Assembly (NCBI GenBank): GCA_030141605.1
Contig: JAQGDQ010000071.1
Location: 537,605 to 601,604 of the forward strand
DNA from: Tubiluchus corallicola
Lineage: Eukaryota > Animalia > Priapulida
Length of the DNA stretch: 64,000 nt
Reading direction: 5' to 3'
The translations under genes were made by a program, and so were the position numbers. The notes beneath the pieces were generated by a model, which saw nothing but the letters and a program-made list of their open reading frames with translations, did not search any database and had not been told where the DNA came from. The number at the start of each line of letters is the position of its first letter. Position 1 is the stretch's first letter. Positions 1 to 13,122 of this stretch are shown here, piece after piece.

Positions 1-1462
1 TCAAAATACTAATCATTAGTAGCTTCTCAAGAATCTGTAATTGAGTTCAATCACTGACTAGTGAAACACGGGATGAATCTAAAGCGGGCATTCTTGCTTT
101 TTGGTCATTATCATGAAATCTATCAAACTGTAACGCTTAGCATTTTACATGCTTTATCTATTAGCTCTGACATTCGAAGCATTGCTGACAATCGTGTAAC
201 CTTACCATAAGAGTCTCAATGGAATTTGAACATGACAAGCAAATGTAAGTTCGCCTGTGTCAAAGACAAAAATCTCAACAGCTACTGCGCAGACGGAAAG
301 ATAACTATTGCGCATTTACTTTTAGATTTTACAATGCCAATGTGTACATGTACATACAGAACAATATGTAATATACAAAGTTTATAAATCATCAGCACAT
401 GAAGACACAACAAGTCGAAATTGTAAGAAAACTTGTGCAGAGTGAACTTAACAAATGAGTGGACACAAAAAAGATAATTTAAAAAAAGAAAAAATGGTGA
501 TGAAAAAAACACAAAAACGAGAAATTGGGACACAGACATATAAGTTGCCGTCAATATTAACTTTTTTTTGTCATAACTGACTAACTGACGCACTACCATC
601 ATTATCTTAATCATCGTCGTTGCCACTGCGGTCGTTGTGGTCACTGTTATCGTCAAAATAATTATCATCATCATCATCGTCATGATGCCGCCGCCGTCGT
701 TGTTGTTGTTGTTGTTGTTGTCGTCGTCGTTATCATCACCACCACCATAACCATCATTTTTCTTTTTGCTTCTCTTCTTTTCACAAATTTCGTTTTTTGT
801 TTTAGCGTTTCTCTTTTTTAATAGCTAAAAACACGTATCAGCAGCATCTGTATTATATTACTCTGATTTGCTTTGAGTGAATTAAAAACATTTGCCTTTG
901 ATTAGAGAATCCCCGTTCAAAAGAGGCATAACAAGATTACTAGAGCAATCATAAAGAACGCAACATGGTAATTAACACGGTATTTTTGATTTGGTTTGTA
1001 ATCATACCGCTTTATTGCTGAAAAAATAATTAAAACGATGAACGAGTATGAGTCATAAAGTCTAATTACACTCGACGCTTTGAGTGGGTCGGATACAAGT
1101 TCACTTTAGACTTGTCTTTTGTGACGGAACGGAAGTGTACGAGAAAATTAAAATTTAACGCGTTGCATAATAATTATATTATAATTAATTGAAGGCGTGG
1201 TACGTTTGAGTCGATCTAACCACGTGACTGGGTTTAAAATCAATCTAATGTTTCCAATAATATTCTGTTGTTAACTTCCAGCTATAGTGACTTTAATTTT
1301 CAATGTTTTATGTTGCAAAACATTTTTTGTAAACATTTATTTGAAATAATTGCCTTTAGCAAATAAATGCTGATCAAATTGCTTCAGGCTGCAAAATTTA
1401 CAGGAGTGCAGTTTGACAGGAAAAACAAATCTATCACAAAATATACATAACTATTCCAATTG

Positions 1463-1720
1463 TTAATTATGATAATTAAAACGGTTAGATGAACCAATAT
1501 ATTGCTGCACCAGATCAAATAGAATGATGTTCTGTTCATAACTTAGTAGTGAACTACCTGAAAGAAAAACTGAAGTTTCTAATTGTGGGTTAAAGTTATT
1601 TATATTAAAAGGTAATGTGTTTGTTTGGTATAGGTTTGTTAGTCGTTCTTTGAGGTCCTCTCTACTAGCAACATGCAAAGGGCAATCGAGCAAAAAATGT
1701 TTAATACTTTCAAAACACTT
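1463..1720 (-). mobile_element. 5'-truncated CR1-type LINE ORF2 C-terminus
   Basis: ESIKHFLLDCP...R..L...FLSGSSLLSYEQNIILFDLVQQYIGSSNRF matches the C-terminal zinc-knuckle/YI..T.RF pattern of invertebrate CR1-like ORF2. Confidence 0.75.
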
Positions 1721-2253
1721 TAAATCTGAAAACAGGCTACCTGTTGAAATTGTAGACATAATTTAAGAGCTAGACACATTTTTTGCTATTGCTTCTTTTG
1801 CTGAAACTGTTGTTGTTACCACAGCTATTGTTGCTGCAGTTGTTACTGTCTTCTAGATGTGGCAACTGATTTTATTGGGGGTCCTACTCAGCAAATTTTA
1901 TACCTATAAGGCAAAAATAAGGAACTTCCGTCTAAAAACAGTAACGAATATTCAGACATATCCAAACCCTAAGGTCCGCGCAGACATGTAAAACTTAAGA
2001 AACTGTTGATTAACTATCTGCATAACATTTCAACAATAGTTGATTCTAAATTAAAAGGTACGACTTATTTTGCTAAGAATTAGTGTATTCAATTAGCACT
2101 GTGAAACATATGTAGATGTGTTTGTCATAAATTATGGTATTTTTTAATATACTGCGCTTAAAAAGAACCCTGTAATTGTAGGGACGTGTTCCTGTATGCC
2201 TTGTTTTTTTAATTGTGTCATTTATTAATTGTACTTGAGCTTATGTTTGTAAA

Positions 2254-2361
<108 letters not shown>

Positions 2362-3228
2362 ATCTTTCATCGCTAAACAACATTTGTATTAATATTTCGA
2401 GTCTTTTAACTGCATAGATGGCTCCATTCGTTCACTTTTAAGCAGTTTTTGTTATTAAGGTAGCATATCACATTATGGTGCAGCTGCTACACCAATTGAG
2501 CTTAAATTTTGCATGGATTATATTGTAAAATATGCCCACAGTATAGTAAGAGAAGGCCAAAGATAAGAGTCGTTTCTCTCAGGTAATGCTGTAACGCTTC
2601 TCCACTTGATGTCGAGCTTACGCAGCAGTTCATCAAAACTATTTGAACTCATCCGATAATAACTAAATTACTCGGATGAAGCCAGTAAAAGTGGTCATAG
2701 AGCTTATAAAATCGCCCTTTCACTAATCGCTGACTACCTCTTCAATCTTCATAGCGCCAGTTGCGCAATTTAAAATTGCTTGTCTGGGGGTGCGATTTTG
2801 GTGCACGAGTAAAATTGCTACAATTTTCGGCTGCACAACTTTTAATTGCGCAACTGAAAATTGCACATCTACGCGGGGACTAATAAGCTTGAAATTTAGT
2901 TCAACACGTTTGTTCTTCTCGTTATACAAACGAGAAGTGAGGATCCCGCTGCTAAATGAACTGCCCCAGGCCTGCCCAAGCTCATATAAAGTAATTGATG
3001 AAGAATTTGTTAAATGGCGCACAAAACGGTATAAAAGTAAAAATAGTGCGCGCACATCAATTCATGGTTAATTAAGCGCATAATTTTACAAGTTTTGCGC
3101 AATTATAAGGCAAGATTTTGCCAATTTTAATGTAGCAAATGAAACGACATCGCAATAAACGTACCCAAGATTTTATACATTTCGTAATTAGAAATAGCAA
3201 ATGAGTAGTACAAAGAAGCGCCTTTTTT

Positions 3229-4070
3229 ATTGTTGTTGTTGCTGCTGCTGCTACTACTGTTGCTGTTGTTGCTGTTGTTGTTGTTGCTGTTACTGCTGTT
3301 GCTGCTGTTGTTGTTGTTGCTGTTGTTGTTGTTGTTGTTGCTGTTGCTGTTGCTGCTGCTCTTGTTGTTTTTGTTGTTGCTGCTGTTGTTGTTGTTGTTG
3401 CTGTTGCTGCTGCTGTAGTTGCTGCTACTGCCGTTGCCGCTATTGCTGTTGCTATTCCTGTAGCTGTTGTTGTTGTTTTTGTTGTTGCTGTTGTTGTTGT
3501 CGTTGTCGTTGTCATTGTCATTTTCGTCATTGCCGTTGTTGTTGTTGTCACTGCTGCTGTTGCCATTGCCGCTATTGCTGTAGCTGTTGTTGTTGTTTTT
3601 GTTGTTGCTGTTGTTGTTGTCGTTGTTGTTGTTGTTTTTGTTGTTGCTGTTGTTGTTGTCGTTGTTGTTGTGATTGTCATTGTCGCCATTGCCGTTGTTG
3701 TTGTTGTCACTGCTGCTGCTGCCGTTGCCGCTATTGCTGTTGCTATTCCTGTAGCTGTTGTTGTTGTCGTTGTTGTTGTTATCACTGTCGCTGTCACTGT
3801 TGTTGTTGTTGTTGCTGCTGCTGTTGTTGTTGTCGTTGTTGTTGTGGTTGTTGCTGCTGGTGTTGTCATTGCCGCTATTGCTGTTGCTGTTCCTGTAGCT
3901 GTTGTTGTTGTCGTTGTCGTTGTCGCTGTCGCTGTTGCTGTTATTGTTGTTGTTGTTGTTGTTGTCATCGTAGTTGTTGCTGCTGCACATGCAGTTACCG
4001 CTATTGCTGTTCCTGTTCCTGTAGCTGTTGTTGTTTTTGTTGTTGTCGCTGTCACTGTCGGTGTCGCTGT
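3229..4070. repeat. Complex trinucleotide array (GTT/GCT/GTC) with recurring higher-order block
   Basis: ~840 bp; block gccgctattgctgttgctattcctgtagctgttg recurs with variants; source of the poly-T/N/C/V ORFs. Confidence 0.95.
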
Positions 4071-4351
4071 ACACGTTTAGTAGTTTTATTACCAGGTGTG
4101 GCAATAATGTGTATTTCTAGGACTGACTCTAATAAGAAAGCTGCCGGCGATAAGTTCACGCCATGCTTAAAAGTAATTATTGAGAATTAGCGACGTTATT
4201 TAATTCTTAACTCTCAGTGGATGTTAAAGGTACTGAAATGTTATCCTACAGAGCAAAAAGTAGATCTCGATGCGGTAATTTTCAAATCTCAGTCAGTAGA
4301 AGAAGCTCTTAACTTGAAAGAATTAACATTCTGTATATCGCGTATAATGTC

Positions 4352-4391
4352 GATAACGATAACGATAACGATTACCACAACCATAACCATA

Positions 4392-4426
<35 letters not shown>

Positions 4427-4583
4427 AACGATAACGATAACGATAACAATAACAATAACAATAACAATAACAATCAAAATAGCAATAGCAATAGCAATAA
4501 CGATAACGATAACAATAACGATAACGATACCAATACCGATAACGATAACGATAACAATAACGATAACTAACGATAATGACAAT
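4352..4583. repeat. Hexanucleotide microsatellite (ACGATA/ACAATA)n
   Basis: Direct reading. Confidence 0.93.
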
Positions 4584-4952
4584 AAAAAATAATAATATGC
4601 CAAACAAATACGTACGAGAGAAAGAATCTCTATCTGCATCCAATGAGCATTTCGCATTTACCCATATTTCTTTTGGCAGCACTTAACAACGCGCCATTAG
4701 GCTCTAAAATCGAATACAGTCTTTGTATGAATAAGGATTTCTTTTTTCACTTGATTGAAAAAAACATCGTAAATTTAGTTGTCTTAATAATTGCCACTGT
4801 AACAGTAACATAGTGAAAAGGCCATATATGACAGGGGTGGTGCCAAGAGCCAGAGTTGAAGACACCGGGGAAACCAAGCGAAGTGCAAGAAATATGATTT
4901 TGAGAATCTCTGTCTTAGTATAGTGATGCAGTGAATCGGCAGGCTATTTATG

Positions 4953-5612
4953 TTAAAGGACAAGAAAAGGGGTACCTCCCGTTGAAAGGATTTTTTGTTT
5001 GTTTCATTTCAAATACTCCCCCCCCCCCCCCCCCGACACTGTACCGATCGCGTCCTCATTACCTGATGTCATATATGCACAACGTAAATCAGGGGAAGAA
5101 AAGTACATGTTAGACTATGTCCCAAAAAACTTTCTATGCAAAGCTATGTTACTTAGCATTTCGCTTACCTGCTTAAATGACTTACGTAACTAGAATAGAA
5201 AATATTTAATTATTTAAAATGTTTTCACCAATAGGTAAAATGTCGCTGTCTCACCCTCCAGGGTGCACCACTCACTAACCAAAAAACATATTTTTAATCT
5301 TATTGACAAGATACAGTAAATTAAAATTTTACTTACTTAGTGACGTGTGCGCTACGAATGCTCAGATTATATTTCCAAATTTTACTCAGTGTTATCTAAA
5401 CTTGCCTCAAATGACTTATCGTCAAAATGGCTGCTGCTAACTGTCATCGTGGGAGTTTCAATTTACATGTTTTATACAGCGTTAAGGCCGACGCAAACTC
5501 TGCATGCAAAAAGACAGTGCGTAAGTGGTATAAATTTTGAAAACGAATTTTTTAAGCTTTATGTAAGTGGACGGTATTGTGGAGGGCACAAGGGTATCCC
5601 TTTTTTAGTTTG
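4953..5612 (+). mobile_element. Non-autonomous DNA transposon family B, copy 1 (TTAA-flanked, Kolobok-like)
   Basis: Begins TTAA|AGGACAAGAAAAGGGGTACC; degenerate inverse GGTATCCCTTTTTTAG near 5593; 5140-5560 aligns with 10722-11140 and, inverted, with 54620-55000. Confidence 0.7.
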
Positions 5613-6719
5613 AGGAAGCTCAAATTTGGCCACCTACTTTGTCACACATGCAAGTTAATATAGAAACTTGTGACAATTTTCAAAAAAAATATCAATCTGT
5701 ACTAAATAGTTATGCACTAATATATATTAAGGTTCATTAATGCTGTAATTGTAGCTTATATACAGCTAGATTGAAATTCTAAAATTATATACGGTGTGTG
5801 ATGAGTATCCCAGTACAATGAGTGGATGGTTGATGAAATGGCTCTTTATGGAGGTTTATATTGTTCTCTTCTCTAACAGCTGGTAACATTTAGCAATGAT
5901 ACAAATGAGAACATTTGTAAGAACGATACGCTCGTATATAAAATTATTATTTTAAAGAAAATTTTCCGTTTTAGATCAGCTGGCTGCATATCGTTCTAAG
6001 CAAGTGACTTGTGCTTTAAAATTATTGCTGACTTCGGGAAAAGTCACCAACAAAACACTACAAAATGTCACAGATTATCTGTGCAATGCACTAAGTCACA
6101 ACATTTTAGCTCTGCTTTTGCGCATATGACAACACAGATATCTGCTCACACATACACGCGCTGTCAAGGTGTGTTTGTTTATCGAGCAATTGTTATAGCA
6201 AATAATTTAGACACTACATTATTTAGCGTCCATTAACGTTTGGGCTGCAGTACATAACAGGCCTACGCGTGAATAAGAAAAAACATTTTCCATAATGTAG
6301 TGTTAGCTTTCTTGTACTAAAGTTCTGCATAATATGGTTCAGCAAAAATAATCAGGTAGCTTAAAATATTAAGAAAAAATTGTAGTCCATCCAATAGATG
6401 CGTTACATAATGTTATTTCACGATTTTATAAATATCAATTTTATGGTCAATTTTAGTTGGTTACAATACGTAATAAACTATCCATCTTTGTAATAAAGGA
6501 TTAATTCGACGTTATCGCTTTGTTCTACATACAAAAGTGACAAATAAATTACTTCAGTTTCTCAAGAATCTATAATTACAATTAAAGACTCGCTAATATC
6601 CAGTGAGACGAATAACGAAATTTAAACACAGAAAAAAAAACCAAGATTATTCACAGTTGATTACAAATGTACAAACGTATTAAACATATGATAGAGCGTT
6701 CACTGCTTCGTTCTTTTAA

Positions 6720-7125
6720 AGGCAAAAAGGATGATTTTTCATATCCTCCCCAATTTTGAAGTTCGGGAAAAAGATACATTTTAACGCTTATAATCACGCC
6801 AAGGCGTTTCTGATAATGAAATAATAAGCTAAAAACGTAATTAACGGCTGGTGAGCCCAAATAATAATGACATCCACAAGCGTACTGCACGTATTCGTAA
6901 AAAAAAATTGAAGTACACTGCTACTGTACAATAATCAATGTGATTTAAGTTTAAAATTCAAATTTCAAGTTTACATCTGTTCTCATGCATGAGCTTTCGC
7001 ATGTGTGCACTATGTCACAACTGAACAACTCTGGACTGAAAGGGACAGCACCTGTTTTTTTTCTGCAACACGTTTTCGAGATGCAGGCGCTGGTGCCCGT
7101 CTAACTAGAGACAGGTAAAATTTAG
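6720..7125 (+). mobile_element. Family A TTAA MITE, truncated copy
   Basis: TTAA|AGGCAAAAAGGATGATTTTTCATAT start; shares ttgaagtacac/agcacctgttttt/tgcaggcgctggtgcccgtc with the 8755 copy. Confidence 0.8.
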
Positions 7126-8243
7126 GTAGTAAAGAACTAGTCACAGGCTGCTCAGTGGTGATAGTGGTGATACAATATCAAAATTGAGTTAATTAATTCC
7201 ACTACGAAGTATACTCACTTTGCATCTAGCGATAAAGCTTAATCAAGACGCAAAAAGCTTCTCAAAATGTGGAAAAAAGCGTCAATTATTTGACAGTTCA
7301 TCTCATTTCGAGCAACTTGACTTTACGACAAACATTTTTCGATTTTCGACTTTCGAGAACAAATAACAAATCACTTCTAGCCGCACTTCACAGCGATAAA
7401 CCCTAAAAACCGGTGTTAAAACGCCGAGATGTCGGCGGTCTATACTTTACACGTCGGCGCGATGAAACCTGTCAATTTTTGCGTCGTTACGTCCTTTGCG
7501 CTCAGAGAGCAAAACGAAACTCACGTGGTAGCAGTTAAGTTCGAGATTGGCTTCATATAACCTTACCATTAGAGCAGTTCCTCGTGTGTTGCGTGTTAAT
7601 TACTGCGAAGTATGCAGGGGTGGCAAACAGTGCGCGCAATCTCTGCAGTAACAGTAACTGTGTAACTCGGGGCAATCAAAGGTCAAGCTAATCTCAAAAT
7701 TATGTTTTTTTAGATTCTACACGCATTCTTTGTCGGCTTGCTTCATTAATAACCTTGATTTTAGCGCTCACTTTAATACTCCTTGTTTAACATCGCTGTA
7801 AATAAGGTTACACGCACAAATTAGAAAAGCTAATTACAGAATGCGTAACATGTAATATTGTAGAATTCACTCTAGTATCTATGTAAAATTTTTTAATAGT
7901 TGTACAGAAATTTTTGCCTGCAAAAAAGGCTAATAAAGACTTATCATCATCATCATTTTGTCGGACTGCCATTAATATGCCAGCCAAATTGCCAATGTAT
8001 AGTAGGGCTAGGTTAGTTCTGCTAGTAGTGTAAACTCTTAAAGAGGTTTAGAAACGTTTTAGTCGGCCAAAAACAAAAATCCTTTTTTCAGGCTGGTGAC
8101 AGTCTATTATCGAGATATGCTGGCAATATAAATTCTTACATAAAAGGGTTTGAACTGGCAATAGCCAAATGTCCTTTTTAAGCAGTTGAGTTAATTACTA
8201 TGATTAGCAGCATAAAGCTGCCACAAAGAACGTCAGGACGTTG

Positions 8244-8267
8244 AGACATTCAGACAGACAGACATTC

Positions 8268-8312
<45 letters not shown>

Positions 8313-8343
8313 AACAGACAGACAGACAGACAAACAGACAGAA
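8244..8343. repeat. (CAGA)n microsatellite
   Basis: Direct reading. Confidence 0.95.
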
Positions 8344-8754
8344 TATAAACACAGAATGAGTTGACATAAATATAATGCACGGATAGGAGGACGCAAAACA
8401 TATTTTACATAAATATTAGATCTGTCAAAAAAGCTCAGTTTAATGCAAGAGTTGTTAGGTCAGCCGCCCTGATGCGCGCGATGAAAAAAAATCGCATATG
8501 CATGAGAAGAAAAAGGGAGCAAAGAAGTCATTGGTCGTTTGCCACATACGTTAGACATTACATGCAGTTTTGTTGAGTTTGGCTTTTCAGCTGGCGGTGA
8601 ATTACTATTGTCCATTGTGCACACTTAGCGTGACCTTCCTAGCAAATTGAAAGTTGATATTGCAATACAAAAGCCGTAACGTAATCTTGTACTACAGGTT
8701 ATCTTCTTTGCACAGACTGAATAGGAAGCTACAACGTACAAGTTGCAGGCTTAA

Positions 8755-9331
8755 AGGGAAACAGGATGATTTTTCATATACTACCCCATTTTCAAGTACG
8801 GCAAGTAGTATACTTTTTAACAGGTGCAAAAGCATTTCTGATAAATAATATATTAAAATCTTAATTAACGGCGGGCGAGCCTAACAAGTGATGACATCAA
8901 CATCTAACATAATTTTTAACATCAAAAACATTCGCTGAGCGCATGCTTCCGAAAGCGAAAATTGAAGTACAGTGCTACTGTAAGAGATTCAGTGTGTTGT
9001 AGTAAAACTCGGCAAGTTTTAAGATAAAAATTCAAATTTCAAATTTACCGCTGTACACACGCAAGAGCTGTCGAACGTGTAGATTTCGTCACAAATTAGC
9101 ACATCCGAACTGAGAGGCACAGCACCTGTTTTTTCTGCAACTCTTTCCGAAATGCAGGCGCTAGTGCCCGTCCAACTAGCGAATGGCGAAATGTATGTAA
9201 CAGCGAAAAGCTGGTGGCGCCAACGCGAAATTGTGTTTGTGTGGTAATAATTCTTTCGCGTAAGTCATTTTTGAAAAAAAATAGTATGTTATTGTTTTGA
9301 CTTACAGTTTAACATTGGGTCCGGTTTTGCT
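8755..9331 (+). mobile_element. Family A non-autonomous DNA transposon, full copy (TTAA TSD, AG...CT termini; Kolobok-like)
   Basis: TTAA at 8751-8754 and 9332-9335; imperfect TIR AGGGAAACAGGA / TCCGGTTTTGCT; colinear with 19746-20349 and 50203-50810. Confidence 0.88.
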
Positions 9332-10196
9332 TTAAAAGGAGCTTAACAATGTAAAGCCCTTAGAGCGGTGGTCAAAACCTGATGGTCCAGCGTTGACCTA
9401 GCTCACAGTGCTGATCAAGGTTTTTTAACTTGTGTTAAGCCAATTAACATTTTGTTAGTAGATTCTCGCCCCTTGATGTTTTAATCTGGCCTTGACTTAG
9501 TCTGATATTTGGACTTGAACTGGGTTAGGTATAGGTGGGTGCCAGTAATATTTCAATTAACTTTAGTTTCAGCTATGTCGTTGCTGACAAGTCTTCTTGA
9601 ATAATAACGTTGATCCCCTGATAAAAGAGAGGTCTGCTACATTTCACGTACACGAAGCCTCTGCAGAGTTGGCCACTTTCCAAATGGCGCTCCAGCACTC
9701 AGCGACAGGTCCTACTATATGTACATGTTTGTGGCGAGACCGGTGCATAGCTCGTTATCAAAGATTAAATATTAGTTAGATTATTGAGTGAGATTATTAG
9801 TGACCACACAGCTAATAATCACACCCTCTACACCAGCTTTACTTATCTAGCTGCTTTTAAACACGTTAAGTGATGTTTTTCAAAGTTTATCCTCACAAAA
9901 TCGTCTGACATGATGATGTAAAATGTTATGACATGCTGTAAGTTAAGTTATACTTTTAAGGCCACGTATCCACTAAAAGTACAAACAGACACGCACAGAA
10001 ACAAATTTTTTCCTTCTGACATTTTCTGCTGCAAAAACTGCATCAGCTAAGCACGCGCGCAACGCAAGAAAGCTTGAAAATAAATCTGATATGTGGCTGA
10101 AATACTGTTAGAACAAAATATAATTTTTTTACTCTAAAAAACTTTTAATGTTGTGGTAAGAAAGGGTTCAAACAATCTTTGAAAAAAGAGCAAAAT

Positions 10197-10532
10197 AAGT
10201 AAACATTATAAGTTGTACAAGACGAAAACAAAACTAATATATTCGTTAGTCAAAGTAAACATTATAAGTTGTACAAGACGAAGAGAAAACTAATATATTC
10301 ATTAGTCAAAGTAAACATTATAAGTTGTACAAGACAAAGAGAAAACTAATATATTCATTAGTCAAAGTAAACATTATAAGTTGTACAAGGCAAAGAGAAA
10401 ACTAATATATTCATTAGTCAAAGTAAACATTATAAGTTGTACAAGGCAAAGAGAAAACTAATATATTCATTAGTCAAAGTAAACATTATAAGTTGTACAA
10501 GACAAAGAGAAAACTAATATATTCATTAGTCA
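10197..10532. repeat. Minisatellite, 6 x 56 bp
   Basis: Unit aagtaaacattataagttgtacaagacgaagagaaaactaatatattcattagtca, near-identical copies. Confidence 0.97.
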
Positions 10533-10687
10533 ACGCCTAGTTTAGAGAAACCATTTGTTACTGCATTAAAGTATTTTAAATTTATACAATAAACTTGTTA
10601 TGGAGCCTTACAGCTGTTAGGTATTTGGACTAGTTGCTTATTATTTGAAATTTTCGTTTTTCATGTACATGTTAAGTGTGTAGAATA

Positions 10688-11169
10688 TTAAAAAGAATAA
10701 TCTACGTAATACTTTACACACAAAGCTATGTTGTTTATCGTAACCTGCTTGAGAGACTTACGTAAGTAGAAACGAAAATTCTTACTGTAATTTAAAATGC
10801 TCGCGCCAACTGGTTAAATGTCACTGACTCACCTTCCCAATGTGCACCACTGACTCACAAAAAACGTATTTTTAGTCTTAGTGTGAAGATACAACAATTT
10901 ATCTTTTTGCTTAATGGTGAAGTGTGCTCTACGAATGCTCTGACTATTTTTCAAATTCTACGCAATGTTATATAAACTTGTTTCAAACGACTTACTGTCA
11001 AAATGGCTGCTCTTAACGGTCTCATTGCGGAAGGTTAAATTTACAAGTTTTGCACAGCATTGCTTCTAATACAAGCTGTATGAGTTATAAGGCAATACGT
11101 AGGTGATACAAAATTTCAAAACGAATTTTTTTCACCTTTATAAATGTAATGGTTTTTCTTGTGTTTTAA
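10688..11169 (+). mobile_element. Family B DNA transposon, copy 2
   Basis: Aligns with 5140-5560 (aaagctatgtt...gacttacgtaa...ctacgaatgctc...tcaaaatggctgct); TTAA at both inferred ends. Confidence 0.75.
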
Positions 11170-11326
11170 ATGCACGTTATGCATAAAAGTAAATGAATGG
11201 ATTTAGGCCGTAACTTTACGTACCGAGCTACATGTATAGGTTTTTCCTGTAGAAGGCATGCTGGTGTGACACTTTTCTTCTGGTTAAAGCCGGACATAAA
11301 TATTCAATTACCTATTTATTTTAATG

Positions 11327-11790
11327 TCATCTCATCTCATCTCACCTCATCTCATCTCATCGCATCTTCTCTCCTCTCCTCTCATTGCATTTCGTCTCAC
11401 CTCACCTCACCTCAACTCAACTCACCTCATCTCATCTCAATTTACCTCACTTCATCTCATTTCATCTCATCTGATCTCAACTGATCTCATTTCACCTCAC
11501 CTCATTTCATCTCATCTCATTCCATCTCAACTGATCTCATTTCACCTCACCTCATTTCATCTCATCTCATTCCATCTCAACTGATCTCATTTCACCTCAC
11601 CTCACCTCATCTCATTTTATCTCATCTCACCTCATCTCAACTCATTTCACTTCACCTCACTTCACCTCACTTCATCTCATCTCATCTCATCTCATTTCAC
11701 CTCACCTCACCTCACCTCATCTCATCTCATCTCATCTCATCTCATTTCGTCCCACCTCACCTCACCTCATCTCATCTTGTCTTACCTCAA
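11327..11790. repeat. Pentanucleotide microsatellite (CTCAT/CTCAC)n
   Basis: Direct reading. Confidence 0.95.
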
Positions 11791-12411
11791 TAGATTTTTT
11801 GTACAACGTGTCATAATACATACACACATTAAGCAATATAAATTTATATATATAAGCAGAATTAATCAACAAAGAAATATTTTAAAACTTGCTGTTTTGA
11901 ATTAAATTGGCTCAGAGTCATTATTGCACTGCGTGGTCTCTGTAAGGAATTAGAGGGGTTTCTGCGGTTCCGTGGATATGCGCATTCATACATATGCAAA
12001 TTTTGTGATGAAAACTGAGAGTCTTTGCGGACTATTGCGAGCGCAGTGGATACGCACCCTAAGTTATGCTGATATTATCCTTGAATTATTGGGCCGCATT
12101 AAACAGGAAGGCTTGTCCACATCACGACATGATTGATCAAGATTATTGACCAAGATTATCATTTTCACAACACTGAAATTACACGGAGCGTGAAACCCTT
12201 TGAAATCGAGCAACAATACAGCTCCTATCACGCACGGTAATAATTAAAGTGGGAGAGAAGAAATTGGATGAAACATCTCAAACTTCCATCAAGAAAAGTT
12301 GAGCATTTCGTCCTTGAGTCTTGTCAGGTGGTTATTAATCTTCCTGAGCTGATCTCAGTCACAAAAGTGCAATGACAAAATATAGCAATCATTCTGCAAG
12401 CGACACCCACA

Positions 12412-13122
12412 CAGTGGTGGATTTAGGACAGGGCCACTGGGGTTGCTGCTCCGGGGCTTCCACGTAAGAGGGTCCTCCATAATGTGCATATAATCAAGTT
12501 CATTTACTACACATTGTTGACTTTAATTAACTAAATTTATGATAAAACAATAATAACAATCATGACTGACTGACTAGCTGGCTGGCTGGCTGACTGTCTG
12601 ACTGACAGACTAACTGACTGACTGACTCATTGACTCACTCACTCACTGATTTGATTTAACTATTTATTTCGAACTGACTGACTGACGGACTGCCTGCCTG
12701 CCTGACTTACTGATTGACTAACTAACTAAATGAATGAATGAATGACTTTTTGGATATTTACACATTTTACTTACTTTCTTAGACTTAAGTTAATCAGCCA
12801 TTAGCGATATGTCATCAAAGGATTCAAAATTGCTAAAAAATACAATAAAGAGGCGTTTGGCGGACTGTGCTATGAGAGCTTACATCACTCACCCAGATGC
12901 TCTATAACCGGTTGCTCTGGGACGCCTACATTTCTTAATTCAATCTGTGCTCACGAGACGCTAACCAACACCTTACAGAGACAATTTGGGATACCTATTT
13001 TTGCATAACGCCGTGACTGACCTAATGTACAAACTATCGATAATTTGCAGCCATTTTAAACATTAAGGTGCGTCTTAAATACGATAAATAATTCAAAGAT
13101 GCATTCATCTTAAACCGCCACC
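12412..13122. mobile_element. Degenerate hAT-like MITE containing (GACT)n tract
   Basis: Left end CAGTGGTGGATTTAGG with GC-rich subterminal; possible right end CTTAAACCGCCAC; no clear TSD. Confidence 0.35.

Larger units (their letters stand above)
9960..12059. mobile_element. PIF/Harbinger-like non-autonomous element with nested repeats
   Basis: TIR GGCCACGTATCCACT versus reverse complement GGGTGCGTATCCACT (12/15), flanked by TAA at 9957-9959 and 12060-12062. Confidence 0.6.

Noticed and set aside
3072-4682. Long ORFs (up to 329 aa) rich in T, N, C, V, I
   Set aside because: Open in many frames on both strands because of tri- and hexanucleotide repeats; no splice or codon evidence
10197-10532. 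CRISPR-like regular array
   Set aside because: Head-to-tail near-identical units without unique spacers, eukaryotic context, no cas genes
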